Shown here piece after piece: positions 19,085 to 29,164 of a stretch of 64,000 nt of DNA (positions are counted from its first letter, which is position 1; each line of letters begins with the position of its first letter). The DNA lies in the NCBI GenBank assembly GCA_943787795.1, contig CALSNU010000001.1, positions 736,001-800,000 of the forward strand. The letters run 5' to 3'. This DNA is from an uncultured bacterium (lineage in GTDB: Bacteria; Planctomycetota; UBA1135; GCA-002686595). The notes under the pieces are model-generated. The model saw nothing but the letters and a program-made list of their open reading frames with translations. It was not told the DNA's origin and searched no databases. Position numbers and translations under genes: made by a program.

Positions 19085-21001
19085 TCATCTGGGGGTGGTG
19101 CTCATGAGCAGCCCGTCATTCTCGGTGGAGAGCAGCAGCAGGTAGGCGAGGTTCACGATGGCCTCCTCTCCGAGGTAAGGCGCGCCCATGTGGGGCGTCG
19201 AGTAGCGCAGCCCGTAGCCCGGCTCCCACGAGCAGAGGAAGCGCCAGCGCCACTGGGGGAGGATCTCCTCGAAGGCCTTCGGCTTCACCACGGCCAGGGA
19301 GAGCAGCCCGAGGGCGGCGCCCGGCTCGCCGTAGGCGTGGCTGTTCAGCATCCACGGGTGGCGCTCCTCCATCAGGACGCAGAGGAGCGGCGCCATTCGA
19401 GCGCGGTCGTCGCGCAAGACCTCGGCCAGGGCGCACAGCCCGGTGCGTGACCAGAACTCGCCCTTGTCTCGATAGGACGCGTTGTAGCCCATGGCGCCGT
19501 GCCCGCCGTCGTCGGGGTTCGACCAGCTATGGCGCACGTAGGGCTCGATGTGCTCCCAGATCCTCGCCTCCACGCCGGCTCGCCGCGCGAGGGCGTCGAA
19601 GACGAGCAGGTGCGCCGCCGGGGCCATGAGGGCCTTGTTGTCGTAGGGCAGGCCGTCCGGGCCGTGGCCAAACGCCTGCATACCCCACTTGCACTCGTGG
19701 GTGGTGGTGGGGAGCCAGCGGACGGCCTCCTCGATCCAGGGCAGGACGCTCTCGTCGCCCGTCCGCAGGTGGTACTCGCAGAGGAGCATCCCCTGGAAGG
19801 CGATCGACCAGTAGGCGAGCCCCTTCATCTCGGACGGGCTGGGGTTCAGCCTCATCACCCGGTCCATGGAGCGTTTGACGGCGTCCATGTGCTGATCATC
19901 GCCGGTCCCCAGCAGCGCGAGCGCCCCGAGGGCAGGGTTCACGGCGTCGCTCCCTGGCCACGAACCGTTGGGCTTCTGGTGGTCGAGGGTCCAGCTCACG
20001 AGGTCGGCGCGGAAGCGGTCCGCGCCCGGACCGGAGAGCGGGAAGCGGGGGCCAATGGGGCCCTCGAGGGGGAGCGGGATCGACGCTGTGCGGAGGGCGG
20101 GCGCGGCGCCTTCCGACGGGCGGAGGTAGGTGAGCTCCACGGTCTCGCGGCCGTTCTCCAGGGCGCCCTCGATCGCGCGGCCGAGGGCGGCCTCGTGGCT
20201 GCCTTCGAACCAGTCCCAGCCGGGGGCGAGGCTCGACCGCCCGAGGGGCTCGCCCGACACGGCGACCACGAGGTCTCCCCGCTCGAGGCCCGCGGCCGCT
20301 GCCGGTCCGCCGCCCCGGACGTCGATCAGGTTGAACGCGGTGTGCTGGTGCTCCGTGAGGGCCGTGAAGCCGAGCATGCCGCAGCCAATCTGGTCCGGGC
20401 CGAAGGGGCCGTTGGCCTTGCCGCGCATGGCGCGGCCCGGCGCGTCGTGAAAGCGCATGACCCGCGCCGCTCGCACGGCGAGCTTCCTGCCGCGGTTCTC
20501 GAACTCCAGGTCCACCTCCCGCGCGGCTCCATCGGGGAGCGGGATGAGGGCGAGGACGCGGCCAGCGAGCGCGGCCGCCTGGACGCGGCCCGCGAAGGGC
20601 ACGGCGCCGGCTTCTTCGGCTGTGGGTGCCGCAGCGGATGGGTCCTCGTCGAAGCTGCTCCAGTCGATCGCCTTCCACTCGGTGGAGGCGTCCTTCCAGC
20701 GGACCCAGACCTCCGCGTCGGCCTTGGCCTTGCGGAGGTCGGCCTCCACCACGAGGTACCAGCCGTCCGCGGCGAGCTTCTTCTTTCCGTCGGAGTCGGG
20801 CCGCGCCGGGACAGCGACCCGCAGGCCGGCAGACGTGCGCTTGCCGACCGAGAGGACCTCTTCGCCGCGCACCTCCGAGAGGCGCACCGTCTTGCTCCCG
20901 GAGAGCTCGGCCGGGGCCTTCTCCACGAGGAGGTCAGCGCGGCTCGGAGCCGCGAGGACGAGGAGTGCGAGGGGGAGGGCGAGGGGGACGAGCTGGCGCA
21001 T
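19085..21001 (-). CDS. Exported PDZ + DUF6288-like alpha-barrel protein
   Basis: Signal peptide; PDZ-like DVRGGGPAAAAGLERGDLVVAV; QKPNGSW, LCEYHLRTGD barrel motifs. Confidence 0.65.
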   Translation of the reverse strand: MRQLVPLALPLALLVLAAPSRADLLVEKAPAELSGSKTVRLSEVRGEEVLSVGKRTSAGLRVAVPARPDSDGKKKLAADGWYLVVEADLRKAKADAEVWVRWKDASTEWKAIDWSSFDEDPSAAAPTAEEAGAVPFAGRVQAAALAGRVLALIPLPDGAAREVDLEFENRGRKLAVRAARVMRFHDAPGRAMRGKANGPFGPDQIGCGMLGFTALTEHQHTAFNLIDVRGGGPAAAAGLERGDLVVAVSGEPLGRSSLAPGWDWFEGSHEAALGRAIEGALENGRETVELTYLRPSEGAAPALRTASIPLPLEGPIGPRFPLSGPGADRFRADLVSWTLDHQKPNGSWPGSDAVNPALGALALLGTGDDQHMDAVKRSMDRVMRLNPSPSEMKGLAYWSIAFQGMLLCEYHLRTGDESVLPWIEEAVRWLPTTTHECKWGMQAFGHGPDGLPYDNKALMAPAAHLLVFDALARRAGVEARIWEHIEPYVRHSWSNPDDGGHGAMGYNASYRDKGEFWSRTGLCALAEVLRDDRARMAPLLCVLMEERHPWMLNSHAYGEPGAALGLLSLAVVKPKAFEEILPQWRWRFLCSWEPGYGLRYSTPHMGAPYLGEEAIVNLAYLLLLSTENDGLLMSTTPR

Positions 21002-21030
21002 CGCCCGAGGTTAATGGCGATCGTCGGGAC

Positions 21031-21441
21031 TCAGTCCTCGGAGAGCTCGAAGTCATCGAACTCGAACCCGGGCGCCACCACGCAGCCGACCAGGGCGTAG
21101 CCGGCCTCGCCGGGGAGGCACTCGGCGGCCTGCCACACGTCGGGTGGGACCACCGCCTGGAGAGCCGCGGAGCTCCCCTGTCCCAGCCGCACCTCCTCCT
21201 CCCCGATGGTGAGCCGGACGTCGTCTCCCCGCTGGTGGAGCCAGATCTCGTCACTCTTGACCCGGTGTCGGCGGCTCCGGGCGCCCGTGGGCAGGAGGAA
21301 CAGGATGCTGGTGACCGCCCGCCGGGTCCCGCCGTGGGCCGGGACCTCGGCAGACGAGCGGAAGGTCTCCCGGTAGAACCCGCCCTCCGGGTGGGGCTGG
21401 AGCCCAAGGGCTTGAACCAGGTCTCTTGCGGCGTCGTTCAT
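21031..21441 (-). CDS. Cupin domain protein (DUF985-like)
   Basis: LGLQPHPEGGFYRET, HRVKSDEIW, VGCVVAPGFEFDDF. Confidence 0.92.
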   Translation of the reverse strand: MNDAARDLVQALGLQPHPEGGFYRETFRSSAEVPAHGGTRRAVTSILFLLPTGARSRRHRVKSDEIWLHQRGDDVRLTIGEEEVRLGQGSSAALQAVVPPDVWQAAECLPGEAGYALVGCVVAPGFEFDDFELSED

Positions 21442-21545
21442 GGGGCAGAGCTTGCCATCTTCGGGGCAGGGCGCACGATTCCGAGGCGGCTGGCCGATAG
21501 ACTCCCCGGCCCGCTCCCCAGCCCCTCCCCGCGCGTACATCGATC

Positions 21546-22991
21546 ATGGCGAAGCCCAAGCCCAGCTTCATGGACACCATCGTCTCCCTCTGCAAGCGCA
21601 GGGGGTTCGTCTTCCCCGCCTCCGAGATCTACGGCGGCATCGGGAACACGTACGACTACGGCCCGCTCGGGGTGGAGCTGCTGCGCCGGGTCAAGGACGC
21701 CTGGTGGTCCCGCACGGTCACCGCGCGCACCGACGTGGTCGGGCTGGACTCGGCCATCATCCAGAACCCCCAGACCTGGATCACCTCGGGCCACGTGGGC
21801 GGCTTCTCGGACCCGCTGATCGACAACAAGACCTCGAAGCAGCGCTACCGCGCGGACCACCTGATCGAGGGGAAGATCGCCAAGTACGATAAGAAGGGCC
21901 GCACCCAGCAGGCCTCGGACCTGCAGGACAAGCTCAACGCCGCGCTCGGTGACAACGAGGCCATGGGCGCGCTCATCGCCGAGACCGGGATCAAGTGCCC
22001 CATCAGCGGCACCGATGACTGGACGGAGGTGCGCCAGTTCAACCTCATGTTCAAGACGCACATGGGGGCGGTGCAGAGCGACAGCAACGTCGCTTACCTG
22101 CGGCCGGAGACGGCCCAGGGGATCTTCCTGAACTTCAAGAACGTCCTCGAGTCGTCGCGCCAGAAGCCGCCCTTCGGCATCGCGCAGATCGGCAAGAGCT
22201 TCCGCAACGAGATCACGCCCGGCAACTTCGTCTTCCGGACCCGCGAGTTCGAGCAGGCGGAGATGGAGTTCTTCGTGCCGCCCGCCGAGGAGCAGCAGTG
22301 GTACGACTACTGGCGCAAGGCGCGCTTCGACTGGTACACCGAGCTCGGCATCCGCGAGGAGAAGCTGCGCATGCGTGAGCACGAGGCCTCCGAGCTCGCG
22401 CACTACTCCACCGCGACCGCCGACATCGAGTACGAGTACCCGTTCGGCTGGGGTGAGCTCGAGGGCATCGCCTGCCGGACCGACTTCGACCTCAAGCGTC
22501 ACAGCGAGGCGTCGGGCACGGACCTGGTCTTCTTCGACCCGCAGACCAAGGAGCACTACACGCCCTTTGTCATCGAGCCCGCCGGCGGCATCAACCGCAT
22601 GGCGCTCACCTTCCTGATCGACGCCTATGAGGAGGAGGAGCTGGAGAAGGACACCCGCGTCGTCCTGCGCTTCCACCCGGAGATCGCGCCGATCACCTGC
22701 GCCGTGTTCCCCCTCGTGAAGAAGGACGGGATGCCCGAGAAGGCCCGGAAGATCGAGGCGCTCCTGGGCAAGGCGCGCATGAGCACCTTCTACGACGAGA
22801 AGGCCGCCATCGGCCGCCGCTACCGTCGCCAGGACGAGATCGGCACGCCGTTCTGCGTCACCGTGGACGGAGACACGCTCGCCGACGACATCGTCACCGT
22901 GCGCCACCGCGACTCCATGGAGCAGGAGAAGGTCAAGGTCTCCGAGCTCCTGACCTACCTGATCGAGAGCATGTCCGGCTGGAAGCGATAG
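21546..22991 (+). CDS. glyQS: Glycine--tRNA ligase (alpha2 type)
   Basis: LCKRRGFVF, FNLMFKT, LRPETAQG, FRNEITPGNFVFRTREFEQ, IGRRYRRQDEIGTP. Confidence 0.97.
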   Translation: MAKPKPSFMDTIVSLCKRRGFVFPASEIYGGIGNTYDYGPLGVELLRRVKDAWWSRTVTARTDVVGLDSAIIQNPQTWITSGHVGGFSDPLIDNKTSKQRYRADHLIEGKIAKYDKKGRTQQASDLQDKLNAALGDNEAMGALIAETGIKCPISGTDDWTEVRQFNLMFKTHMGAVQSDSNVAYLRPETAQGIFLNFKNVLESSRQKPPFGIAQIGKSFRNEITPGNFVFRTREFEQAEMEFFVPPAEEQQWYDYWRKARFDWYTELGIREEKLRMREHEASELAHYSTATADIEYEYPFGWGELEGIACRTDFDLKRHSEASGTDLVFFDPQTKEHYTPFVIEPAGGINRMALTFLIDAYEEEELEKDTRVVLRFHPEIAPITCAVFPLVKKDGMPEKARKIEALLGKARMSTFYDEKAAIGRRYRRQDEIGTPFCVTVDGDTLADDIVTVRHRDSMEQEKVKVSELLTYLIESMSGWKR

Positions 22992-23112
22992 CTGGCGGCG
23001 GTGTCCCTGGTGGCGAGCTGGGAGCGCGTCGCCTCGCTCACTCTCGAGCGGCTCCGCGCCGTCGGTAGGAGTCGTCGAGGCCGTCCCACCCGGACGCCCG
23101 GCGACTCCCTCC

Positions 23113-23868
23113 TCACCCTGCGTCGCCGCGGATGATCCGCCCGTACCCCAGCGCCTTGTACGTCCGCAGCAGCACGTCGGTGGTCGGCACCGGCACGTCG
23201 AGGGGCACGCGCACGTAGGGATCGTCCGCGCGGAAGGGCGGCGAGGCCTTGGCACGGAAGAGGTCCGGCAGGAGGCGTCTGGGGGCGGAGATGAAGAGGG
23301 CCTCCGGCGCGCCGTACTCGTCCCACCAGGCGCGCAGCTTGGCATTGGTGTCCTCGAGCAGATCGCGAGCGTTCTGCAGCCGTAGCCGCGATCCGTAGCG
23401 GGACTTGCCCTTGGAGGCGAGGAACGCCGGCTGGGCGCGCCCCTTGCCCCGGACGACGTAGCGCTTGAGGCTCTTGGTTGCGAGCGCGGTCCCCCCCTCG
23501 AACACGCCCATGGACACCGCGCCGGCCTGCATCAGGAGGAGCACGTGCCGCGGCAGGACCGCCGGGATCGAGGCGAGGTAGGCGTCGACCGGGTCCACGG
23601 AGCCGAGGGACTCGGCGGCCCTGAGGCGTGCGGCGCGCTCGGGCATGGTCTCGGTGGCTGGCGCGGGTTGAAGGCCTGGCGGGAGCGAGACCAGGAGCGG
23701 GAGGCGCATGGTCACGCGGCCCCCGACGAACTCGTGTCGGTCGGCGTCCAGGACCAGCGCCGTCTCCCCTCGCAGCTCCGCGAGCCGATCCGTCAGGTCG
23801 GACCAATGGAAGGACTCGGGGTGCGGGGGCGGCGTCTCCCCTCCCCGTGATCTCTCACGACCGGTCAT
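23113..23868 (-). CDS. VLRF1 (Vms1/ANKZF1-like) family protein
   Basis: LLMQAGAVSMGVFEGG...KSLKRYVVRGKGRAQPAFLASKGKSRYGSRLRLQN...IS APR-like segment, PF...DP..RVPLDVPVPT. Confidence 0.75.
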   Translation of the reverse strand: MTGRERSRGGETPPPHPESFHWSDLTDRLAELRGETALVLDADRHEFVGGRVTMRLPLLVSLPPGLQPAPATETMPERAARLRAAESLGSVDPVDAYLASIPAVLPRHVLLLMQAGAVSMGVFEGGTALATKSLKRYVVRGKGRAQPAFLASKGKSRYGSRLRLQNARDLLEDTNAKLRAWWDEYGAPEALFISAPRRLLPDLFRAKASPPFRADDPYVRVPLDVPVPTTDVLLRTYKALGYGRIIRGDAG

Positions 23869-24115
23869 GACCCAACCGCTCGCGAGCGTCCCCTCGTTAC
23901 GCCCGAGGGCCTCGCCTCCGAAGAGAACCGAGGGTGCGCCCGCCAACCCGTCGTGGCGCGGGCGGGTGAGGGGCAGGGTCGACCTCGGCGGTGGCTCAGG
24001 ATCATCTGATGCGGTGGCATGGGGGCGAGCGGAAGCCGCGCTAATGGCTGGTCGGCGGGAGGTCCGGCGGGTGGGTCTGCGGGTCCAGCCGACGGCTGAT
24101 GGCCGCAGAGTCGCG

Positions 24116-24631
24116 CTACCGGTCCCTGCGGAGTTCGAAGACTCCCATCTCGGAGACGTCTCCTCCGATGATCGACGTCCAGTGCTGCTGCACGTGATCT
24201 GCGCTCACGAAGACCAGGGTCATCGCGCCCATGTAGTGCTCGTCGGGATCCTTGAGGTCGCGCACGCTGACCGATTCGAACTCGAGCCGGTCGCCGTCGA
24301 GCCCTCGGGCGCGCATGAAGGGCTGATTCCCCGCGCCGCAGTAGTGCGTCATGGAGAGGCTGTTCCCATCGAGCGTGTACATGTTCGTCATCTCATGCTC
24401 CGTGCCCGGGGCCATGATCTCGCGGATCGCCGAGCCGGCAGAGGTAACCTCGAAGACGTGCACCATCTCGCCGTGGGGGGTCGTGGAGACCCAGCGTCCC
24501 TCCAGCGCGGCGACGGCCTCGAACAAGGGCGCCCGGAGGGCGTCGTCGGCTTCGACGACGGTCAGGGACTCGCCGGTGGATGCGCAGGCGGCGCCCAGGA
24601 TCAGGGCGGGGAGAAGGAGCAGGGTCTTCAT
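24116..24631 (-). CDS. Hypothetical lipoprotein
   Basis: Lipobox LGAAC; LEGRW, MTHYCGAGNQP. Confidence 0.75.
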   Translation of the reverse strand: MKTLLLLPALILGAACASTGESLTVVEADDALRAPLFEAVAALEGRWVSTTPHGEMVHVFEVTSAGSAIREIMAPGTEHEMTNMYTLDGNSLSMTHYCGAGNQPFMRARGLDGDRLEFESVSVRDLKDPDEHYMGAMTLVFVSADHVQQHWTSIIGGDVSEMGVFELRRDR

Positions 24632-24721
24632 GGTCGAGGGGGCACGGGGTGAGCGAGCGGCGCCGCTGCGGAGTCGAGCGCTGGCCTGACGGGCGGCCTG
24701 GCCCGTCGCCTGGCTCGCAGG

Positions 24722-26314
24722 CTAAGTCGTGGGGTGGGCGCCGCCGGGGGAGCGGTCCCGCAGGCGCTGCTTCGAGATCTTGCCGGACCCGGTCTTGGGA
24801 AGTTCGGGCAGAAGCTCGATGTGCTTGGGGACCTTGTAGCTGGCCAGGTGGGCGCGGCAGTGGTCCTTGAGGGCGTCCGCGGTGTCGCCCGCGGTGTCGC
24901 CCGCAGCGGCACCGGCAGAGAGCACGACGGCGGCCCGGACCTCCTCGCCCCATCGCTCGGAGGGGACGCCGTAGGCGGCGCACTCGAGGACGGCGGGGTG
25001 CTCGTAGAGGGCGTTCTCGACCTCGGTGGAGTACACGTTCTCGCCGCCGCTGAGGATCATGTCCTTCTTGCGGTCCACGATGTTGAGCCAGCCTTCCTTG
25101 TCGATCGTGGCGAGGTCCCCCGTGTGGAACCAGCCGCCGCGGAAGGCCTGGGCCGTCTCCTCGGGGCGGTTCCAGTAGCCGGGGGTGACGGTGGACCCTC
25201 GCGCGATGATCTCGCCCACGCTGCGGTCATCCCGGGGGACCGGGCGGCCGTCGCCGTCCACGACCTCGAGCTCCACGGTCTCGAAGGGCCGGCCGGTGCG
25301 CGCTCGGCGGGCGAGCTGCGCCTCCTCGCTCAGCTCGCGGTGCTTGGGCTCGAGCACGGAGAGGGTCAGGTAGGGGCTGGTCTCGGTGAGGCCGTAGGTC
25401 TGCACGTACTCGCAACCGAATGTCTCCAGGACCTCGCGCACCGCGGCGGGGGCGATGGGGGCGCCGCCCGAGAGCACCAGGCGCAGGCTGCCGCCGGTGA
25501 AGCCGCAGGCGGGCGCCGCGGCCAGCATGCGCTGGAGCATGACGGGCACGAGGTTGGAGACCGTCACGCCCCGCTCGGTCATCAGGGCGAGGGCCGCCTC
25601 GGCCTCGAATTCGGGCAAGAAGGCGTGCTGGCCGGCGACAGCGGTGATCGCGAGGCTGGCCCACGCGTCGGCCAGGTGAAACATGGGGGCGATGTGACCC
25701 CACACGTCGTCCTCGGCGAGGTCCAGCTCGCTGGTGGCGGCGAGCGCATGCTGGACGACGTTGCGGTGGGAGAGGGGGACGCCCTTGGGCCGGCCGGTGG
25801 TGCCGCTCGTGTAGTAGAGGTGGCAGACGTCGTCGGGCTCGCAGGGCGCTGGGAGGAAGGCCGGGCCAGGGAGTGGGGCGGGGCGCAGACCCATGGGCGC
25901 GCTCCCCTCGCCCGTGCCGAGCCAGGCCACAGCGGGCGGCGCGTCGAGGCCTTTGATGGCCGCCTCGAGGGCGGGGCGGAAGTCCTCGTGGGCGAGCAGG
26001 AGGCGCGGGGCGGCATCCGCGAGGACCGCGCGGAGCTCCACGGCCGCGAGGCGGTGGTTCAGCGGCACCAAGACGGCGCCGGCTCCTGCGCAGGCGAAGG
26101 TCCAGGTCAGGAAGGCCGGGGTGTTGCGCTCCATCAGGGCCACCCGGTCCCCACGCGCGACGCCGCGGCCCCGCAGGGCGGTGGCGAGGGACGCCGCGGA
26201 GTGGTGGAGCGCCGCGTAGGTGACCGGCGGCCTGCCCGTGACGATGGCCGGTGCCTCGGGGGCGCGCCCGATGGCGTGCTCGAGGAGTCCCCATGTGGTG
26301 TTTGGCTGGCTCAC
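24722..26314 (-). CDS. Long-chain fatty-acid--CoA ligase
   Basis: YTSGTTGRPKG, YGLTET, GWFHTGD, DRKKDMILSGGENVY, PKTGSGKI; GTG start at 26314 chosen. Confidence 0.92.
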   Translation of the reverse strand: MSQPNTTWGLLEHAIGRAPEAPAIVTGRPPVTYAALHHSAASLATALRGRGVARGDRVALMERNTPAFLTWTFACAGAGAVLVPLNHRLAAVELRAVLADAAPRLLLAHEDFRPALEAAIKGLDAPPAVAWLGTGEGSAPMGLRPAPLPGPAFLPAPCEPDDVCHLYYTSGTTGRPKGVPLSHRNVVQHALAATSELDLAEDDVWGHIAPMFHLADAWASLAITAVAGQHAFLPEFEAEAALALMTERGVTVSNLVPVMLQRMLAAAPACGFTGGSLRLVLSGGAPIAPAAVREVLETFGCEYVQTYGLTETSPYLTLSVLEPKHRELSEEAQLARRARTGRPFETVELEVVDGDGRPVPRDDRSVGEIIARGSTVTPGYWNRPEETAQAFRGGWFHTGDLATIDKEGWLNIVDRKKDMILSGGENVYSTEVENALYEHPAVLECAAYGVPSERWGEEVRAAVVLSAGAAAGDTAGDTADALKDHCRAHLASYKVPKHIELLPELPKTGSGKISKQRLRDRSPGGAHPTT

Positions 26315-26356
26315 GTCGCCAGCATCGCCGCTGAGGCCTCCGGGCGCCACCCCGCT

Positions 26357-26857
26357 TCAGTCGGGAGGCTCTGCGGGGGGCTCGTCGCTCCAGTCCCGCT
26401 GCATCTCAAGGAACGTGACCGAGGCGGTCCAGGCCAGGAAGCTGATGCCCACCAGGGCCTCTGTGCCGCAGAGGATCGTGACGGGTCCGTGGGGGAGGTA
26501 GTCCCCGTAGCCGACGGTGGTGAAGGTGATCACCGAGAAGTAGATGTAGTCGAGCGCCCCCTCGCTGAAGCTGCCGGTGATCGAGCCGAGCTCCGGCCAG
26601 GCGTGGAGCAGCCAGTAGAGGAAGCCGAACATCCAGATCTCGACCACGTGGGCGACGATCATGATCAGGATCAGCGCCACGATTCGCATGCGCCTCGAGA
26701 GGCGCGTGCGGGGCAGGACGCGGATCGTGAACGCCATGGCCTCGTAGTGGATGAGGACGGACACGACCACTGCGGTGGCAGAGATCGCCGCCATCACCAG
26801 GTGCGGACCGGTGACGTCGAAGGTCTGGCGAGGGATCTGTTCCGCGAGGGCAAGCAT
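26357..26857 (-). CDS. Small potassium channel (Ion_trans_2 type)
   Basis: YFSVITFTTVGYGD selectivity filter flanked by TM helices. Confidence 0.88.
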   Translation of the reverse strand: MLALAEQIPRQTFDVTGPHLVMAAISATAVVVSVLIHYEAMAFTIRVLPRTRLSRRMRIVALILIMIVAHVVEIWMFGFLYWLLHAWPELGSITGSFSEGALDYIYFSVITFTTVGYGDYLPHGPVTILCGTEALVGISFLAWTASVTFLEMQRDWSDEPPAEPPD

Positions 26858-26889
26858 GCTGGCGAGAATAGCGACTGGGCGCGCCCGAC

Positions 26890-28614
26890 TCAGTAACCGC
26901 TCGCCTGACCGTCCTTGCGCGACTCCGAGGCGCCCGCGTAGACGCCCGTGACCGGGTCCAGGCGTATCGCCTGGTACCCGCCGTACACGCCGACCTTTTG
27001 CTGGAGCACGTGCCCGCGCCTCGCGAGGCCCCGGCGCACCTCCTCGCCGATGCCGCTCTCCAGGTGGAGGAAGCCGCCCTTCTCCATCACCTCGCCAGTG
27101 GGCTGGGAGGAGCCCGTGTGGACGATGCGCGGCGCGTCGCCGGCCTCCTGGGTGTTCATGCCGAAGTCGATCATGTTGACGACGATCTGCACGTGACCCT
27201 GGGGCTGGGTGGCACCGCCCATCACGCCGAAGGCCATCAGCGGCGCGCCGTCCTTGGTGATGAAGGCGGGGATGATCGTATGGAACGGCCGCTTGCCCGG
27301 CGCGTAGCTGTTCGGGCGGCCCTCCCGCATATCAAAGAGCTCGCCGCGATCCTGGAGGCAGAAGCCCAGGCCTGGCGGGGTCATCCCCGAGCCCATGCCG
27401 CGGTAGTTGCTCTGGATGAGGGAGACCATCATGCCGTCGCTGTCGGCGGTGCACAGGTAGATGGTGTCGCCCTCCTCGAGGGCTGGGTTGCCCGGATCCA
27501 CGGAGCGCGCCGCGCGCTCGGTGATCTGGCCGCGGCGCCGGGCCGCGTACTCGCTGGAGATGAGCTGCTCCACCGGGGCCGGGGCGAAGGCGGGGTCCGC
27601 GTAGAAGCGGGCGCGGTCTGCGAAGGCGAGCTTCTTCGCTTCGGTGAACAGGTGCAGGTAGCGCTCGCTGCCGAAGCCCATGGAGGCGAGGTCGTACTCC
27701 TCGAGGATCTGCAGCATCTGGAGCGCCGCGATGCCCTGGCCGTTGGGGGGGAGCTCCCAGACGTCGTGGCCGCGGTAGTTGACGCTCACCGGTTCGACCC
27801 ACTCGCCGCGGTGGGCGCGCAGGTCGTCGGCCGTGAGGAAGCCGCCAGCCTCGGCCATATAGCTGCCGATGGTCTCGGCTACCTCGCCGTCGTAGAAGCC
27901 CGCGCGGCCCTCCGCGGCGATACGCGCGTAGGTGCTCGCGAGGCCCGGGTTCGCGAAGACCTCGCCGGCGCGCGGCGCCTTGCCGTCAATGGTGAACGTC
28001 TCGAGGAAGCCAGGGAACCGTCCGCGCGTGCGCACGCTCAGGCCCCAGTAGTAGGCGATGAGCTCGGTGATCGGCGCGCCCTCTTTGGCGTAGCCGATCG
28101 CCGGCGCGAGCACCTCGCTCAGGGGCAGCTTGCCGAAGCGCTCGTGTAGCGCGCACCAGCCGTCCACCGCGCCGGGCACGCTGACCGGCAGGGGACCGTA
28201 GGCTGGAATCTTCTTGGACGCTCCGCCCAGCGCCTCCTCGAGGCGCTCCGGAGTCAAGCTAATGGGAGAGCGTCCGCTGCCGTTGTAGCCGACCACGTCC
28301 TTGGCCTTGGGGTCCCACACGATGGCGAACAGGTCGCCGCCGATGCCGCAGCCCGTGGGCTCGACGAGGCCGAGCAGGGCGTTGGCGGCGATGGCGGCGT
28401 CGACGGCCGAACCGCCCCTCTTGAGGGTGTCCAGGGCGACCTGGGTGGCGAGGGGCTGGCTGGTGGCGGCCATGCCGTTCCGGGCGTGGACCTCGGAGCG
28501 GGTCGCGAAGGCGCGTCCAGTGATTCGATCTCCCATGGGATGGGCGTGGGGTGCGGGCAGGGTCAGCGCAGCGGCGGACAGCAGGGTCGAGAGGAGCGCG
28601 GTGAGGTGGGGCAT
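26890..28614 (-). CDS. ggt: Gamma-glutamyltransferase
   Basis: GGSAVDAAIA, GIGGDLF, VPGAVDGW, GDTIYL (nucleophile Thr), PGKRPFHTIIP, GVMGG. Confidence 0.95.
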   Translation of the reverse strand: MPHLTALLSTLLSAAALTLPAPHAHPMGDRITGRAFATRSEVHARNGMAATSQPLATQVALDTLKRGGSAVDAAIAANALLGLVEPTGCGIGGDLFAIVWDPKAKDVVGYNGSGRSPISLTPERLEEALGGASKKIPAYGPLPVSVPGAVDGWCALHERFGKLPLSEVLAPAIGYAKEGAPITELIAYYWGLSVRTRGRFPGFLETFTIDGKAPRAGEVFANPGLASTYARIAAEGRAGFYDGEVAETIGSYMAEAGGFLTADDLRAHRGEWVEPVSVNYRGHDVWELPPNGQGIAALQMLQILEEYDLASMGFGSERYLHLFTEAKKLAFADRARFYADPAFAPAPVEQLISSEYAARRRGQITERAARSVDPGNPALEEGDTIYLCTADSDGMMVSLIQSNYRGMGSGMTPPGLGFCLQDRGELFDMREGRPNSYAPGKRPFHTIIPAFITKDGAPLMAFGVMGGATQPQGHVQIVVNMIDFGMNTQEAGDAPRIVHTGSSQPTGEVMEKGGFLHLESGIGEEVRRGLARRGHVLQQKVGVYGGYQAIRLDPVTGVYAGASESRKDGQASGY

Positions 28615-28702
28615 GCTGGGGAGTACCGTTGAATCCGGGGTGGCGAGCCGCTGTCACTCTAGACTGTCCGCCTGCCCCCCGCGCCCGCCGGGGGAGCGCT
28701 CC

Positions 28703-29137
28703 ATGGTGTTCAGGAATCGAAAGCGCGCCTCCGGCCAGGCGGGCTCTCCGGGGGGAGAGCCCGGGGTCCAGCCTGAGGTGATCGAGGTGGAGGTCGAGAG
28801 GCTGGAGCCCGGCCCGGCGGGCCCGACTCGTGGGCAGCGGCTGCGCCGCCGCGCCATGAGGGTCCTGGCGCCGGTCCTCCTGGCGATGCTCATCGACGCC
28901 GGCGACCTCATCACGATCCCCGGCACCTTCCTCGTCTCGCTGCCCTGCGGCATGCTGGCGGGCTACCTCTTCTCGGGGTTCCTACGGGTCGCCGCGCCAT
29001 GGCGGATCATCATCGCCTGCATCACCGGGCTGTACTGGGCGCTGCCCTTCACCGGATTCCTCCCGCTGGCGACGAGCATCACCACGGTCACGGAGTTCTT
29101 CAACGGGGACCGCTCTGACGGTGAGCCTGGGACCTGA
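28703..29137 (+). CDS. Hypothetical membrane protein
   Basis: Several hydrophobic segments; coding-like codon bias. Confidence 0.65.
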   Translation: MVFRNRKRASGQAGSPGGEPGVQPEVIEVEVERLEPGPAGPTRGQRLRRRAMRVLAPVLLAMLIDAGDLITIPGTFLVSLPCGMLAGYLFSGFLRVAAPWRIIIACITGLYWALPFTGFLPLATSITTVTEFFNGDRSDGEPGT

Positions 29138-29164
29138 GGCCCCTCAACCGACCAGGGAGGCCCT

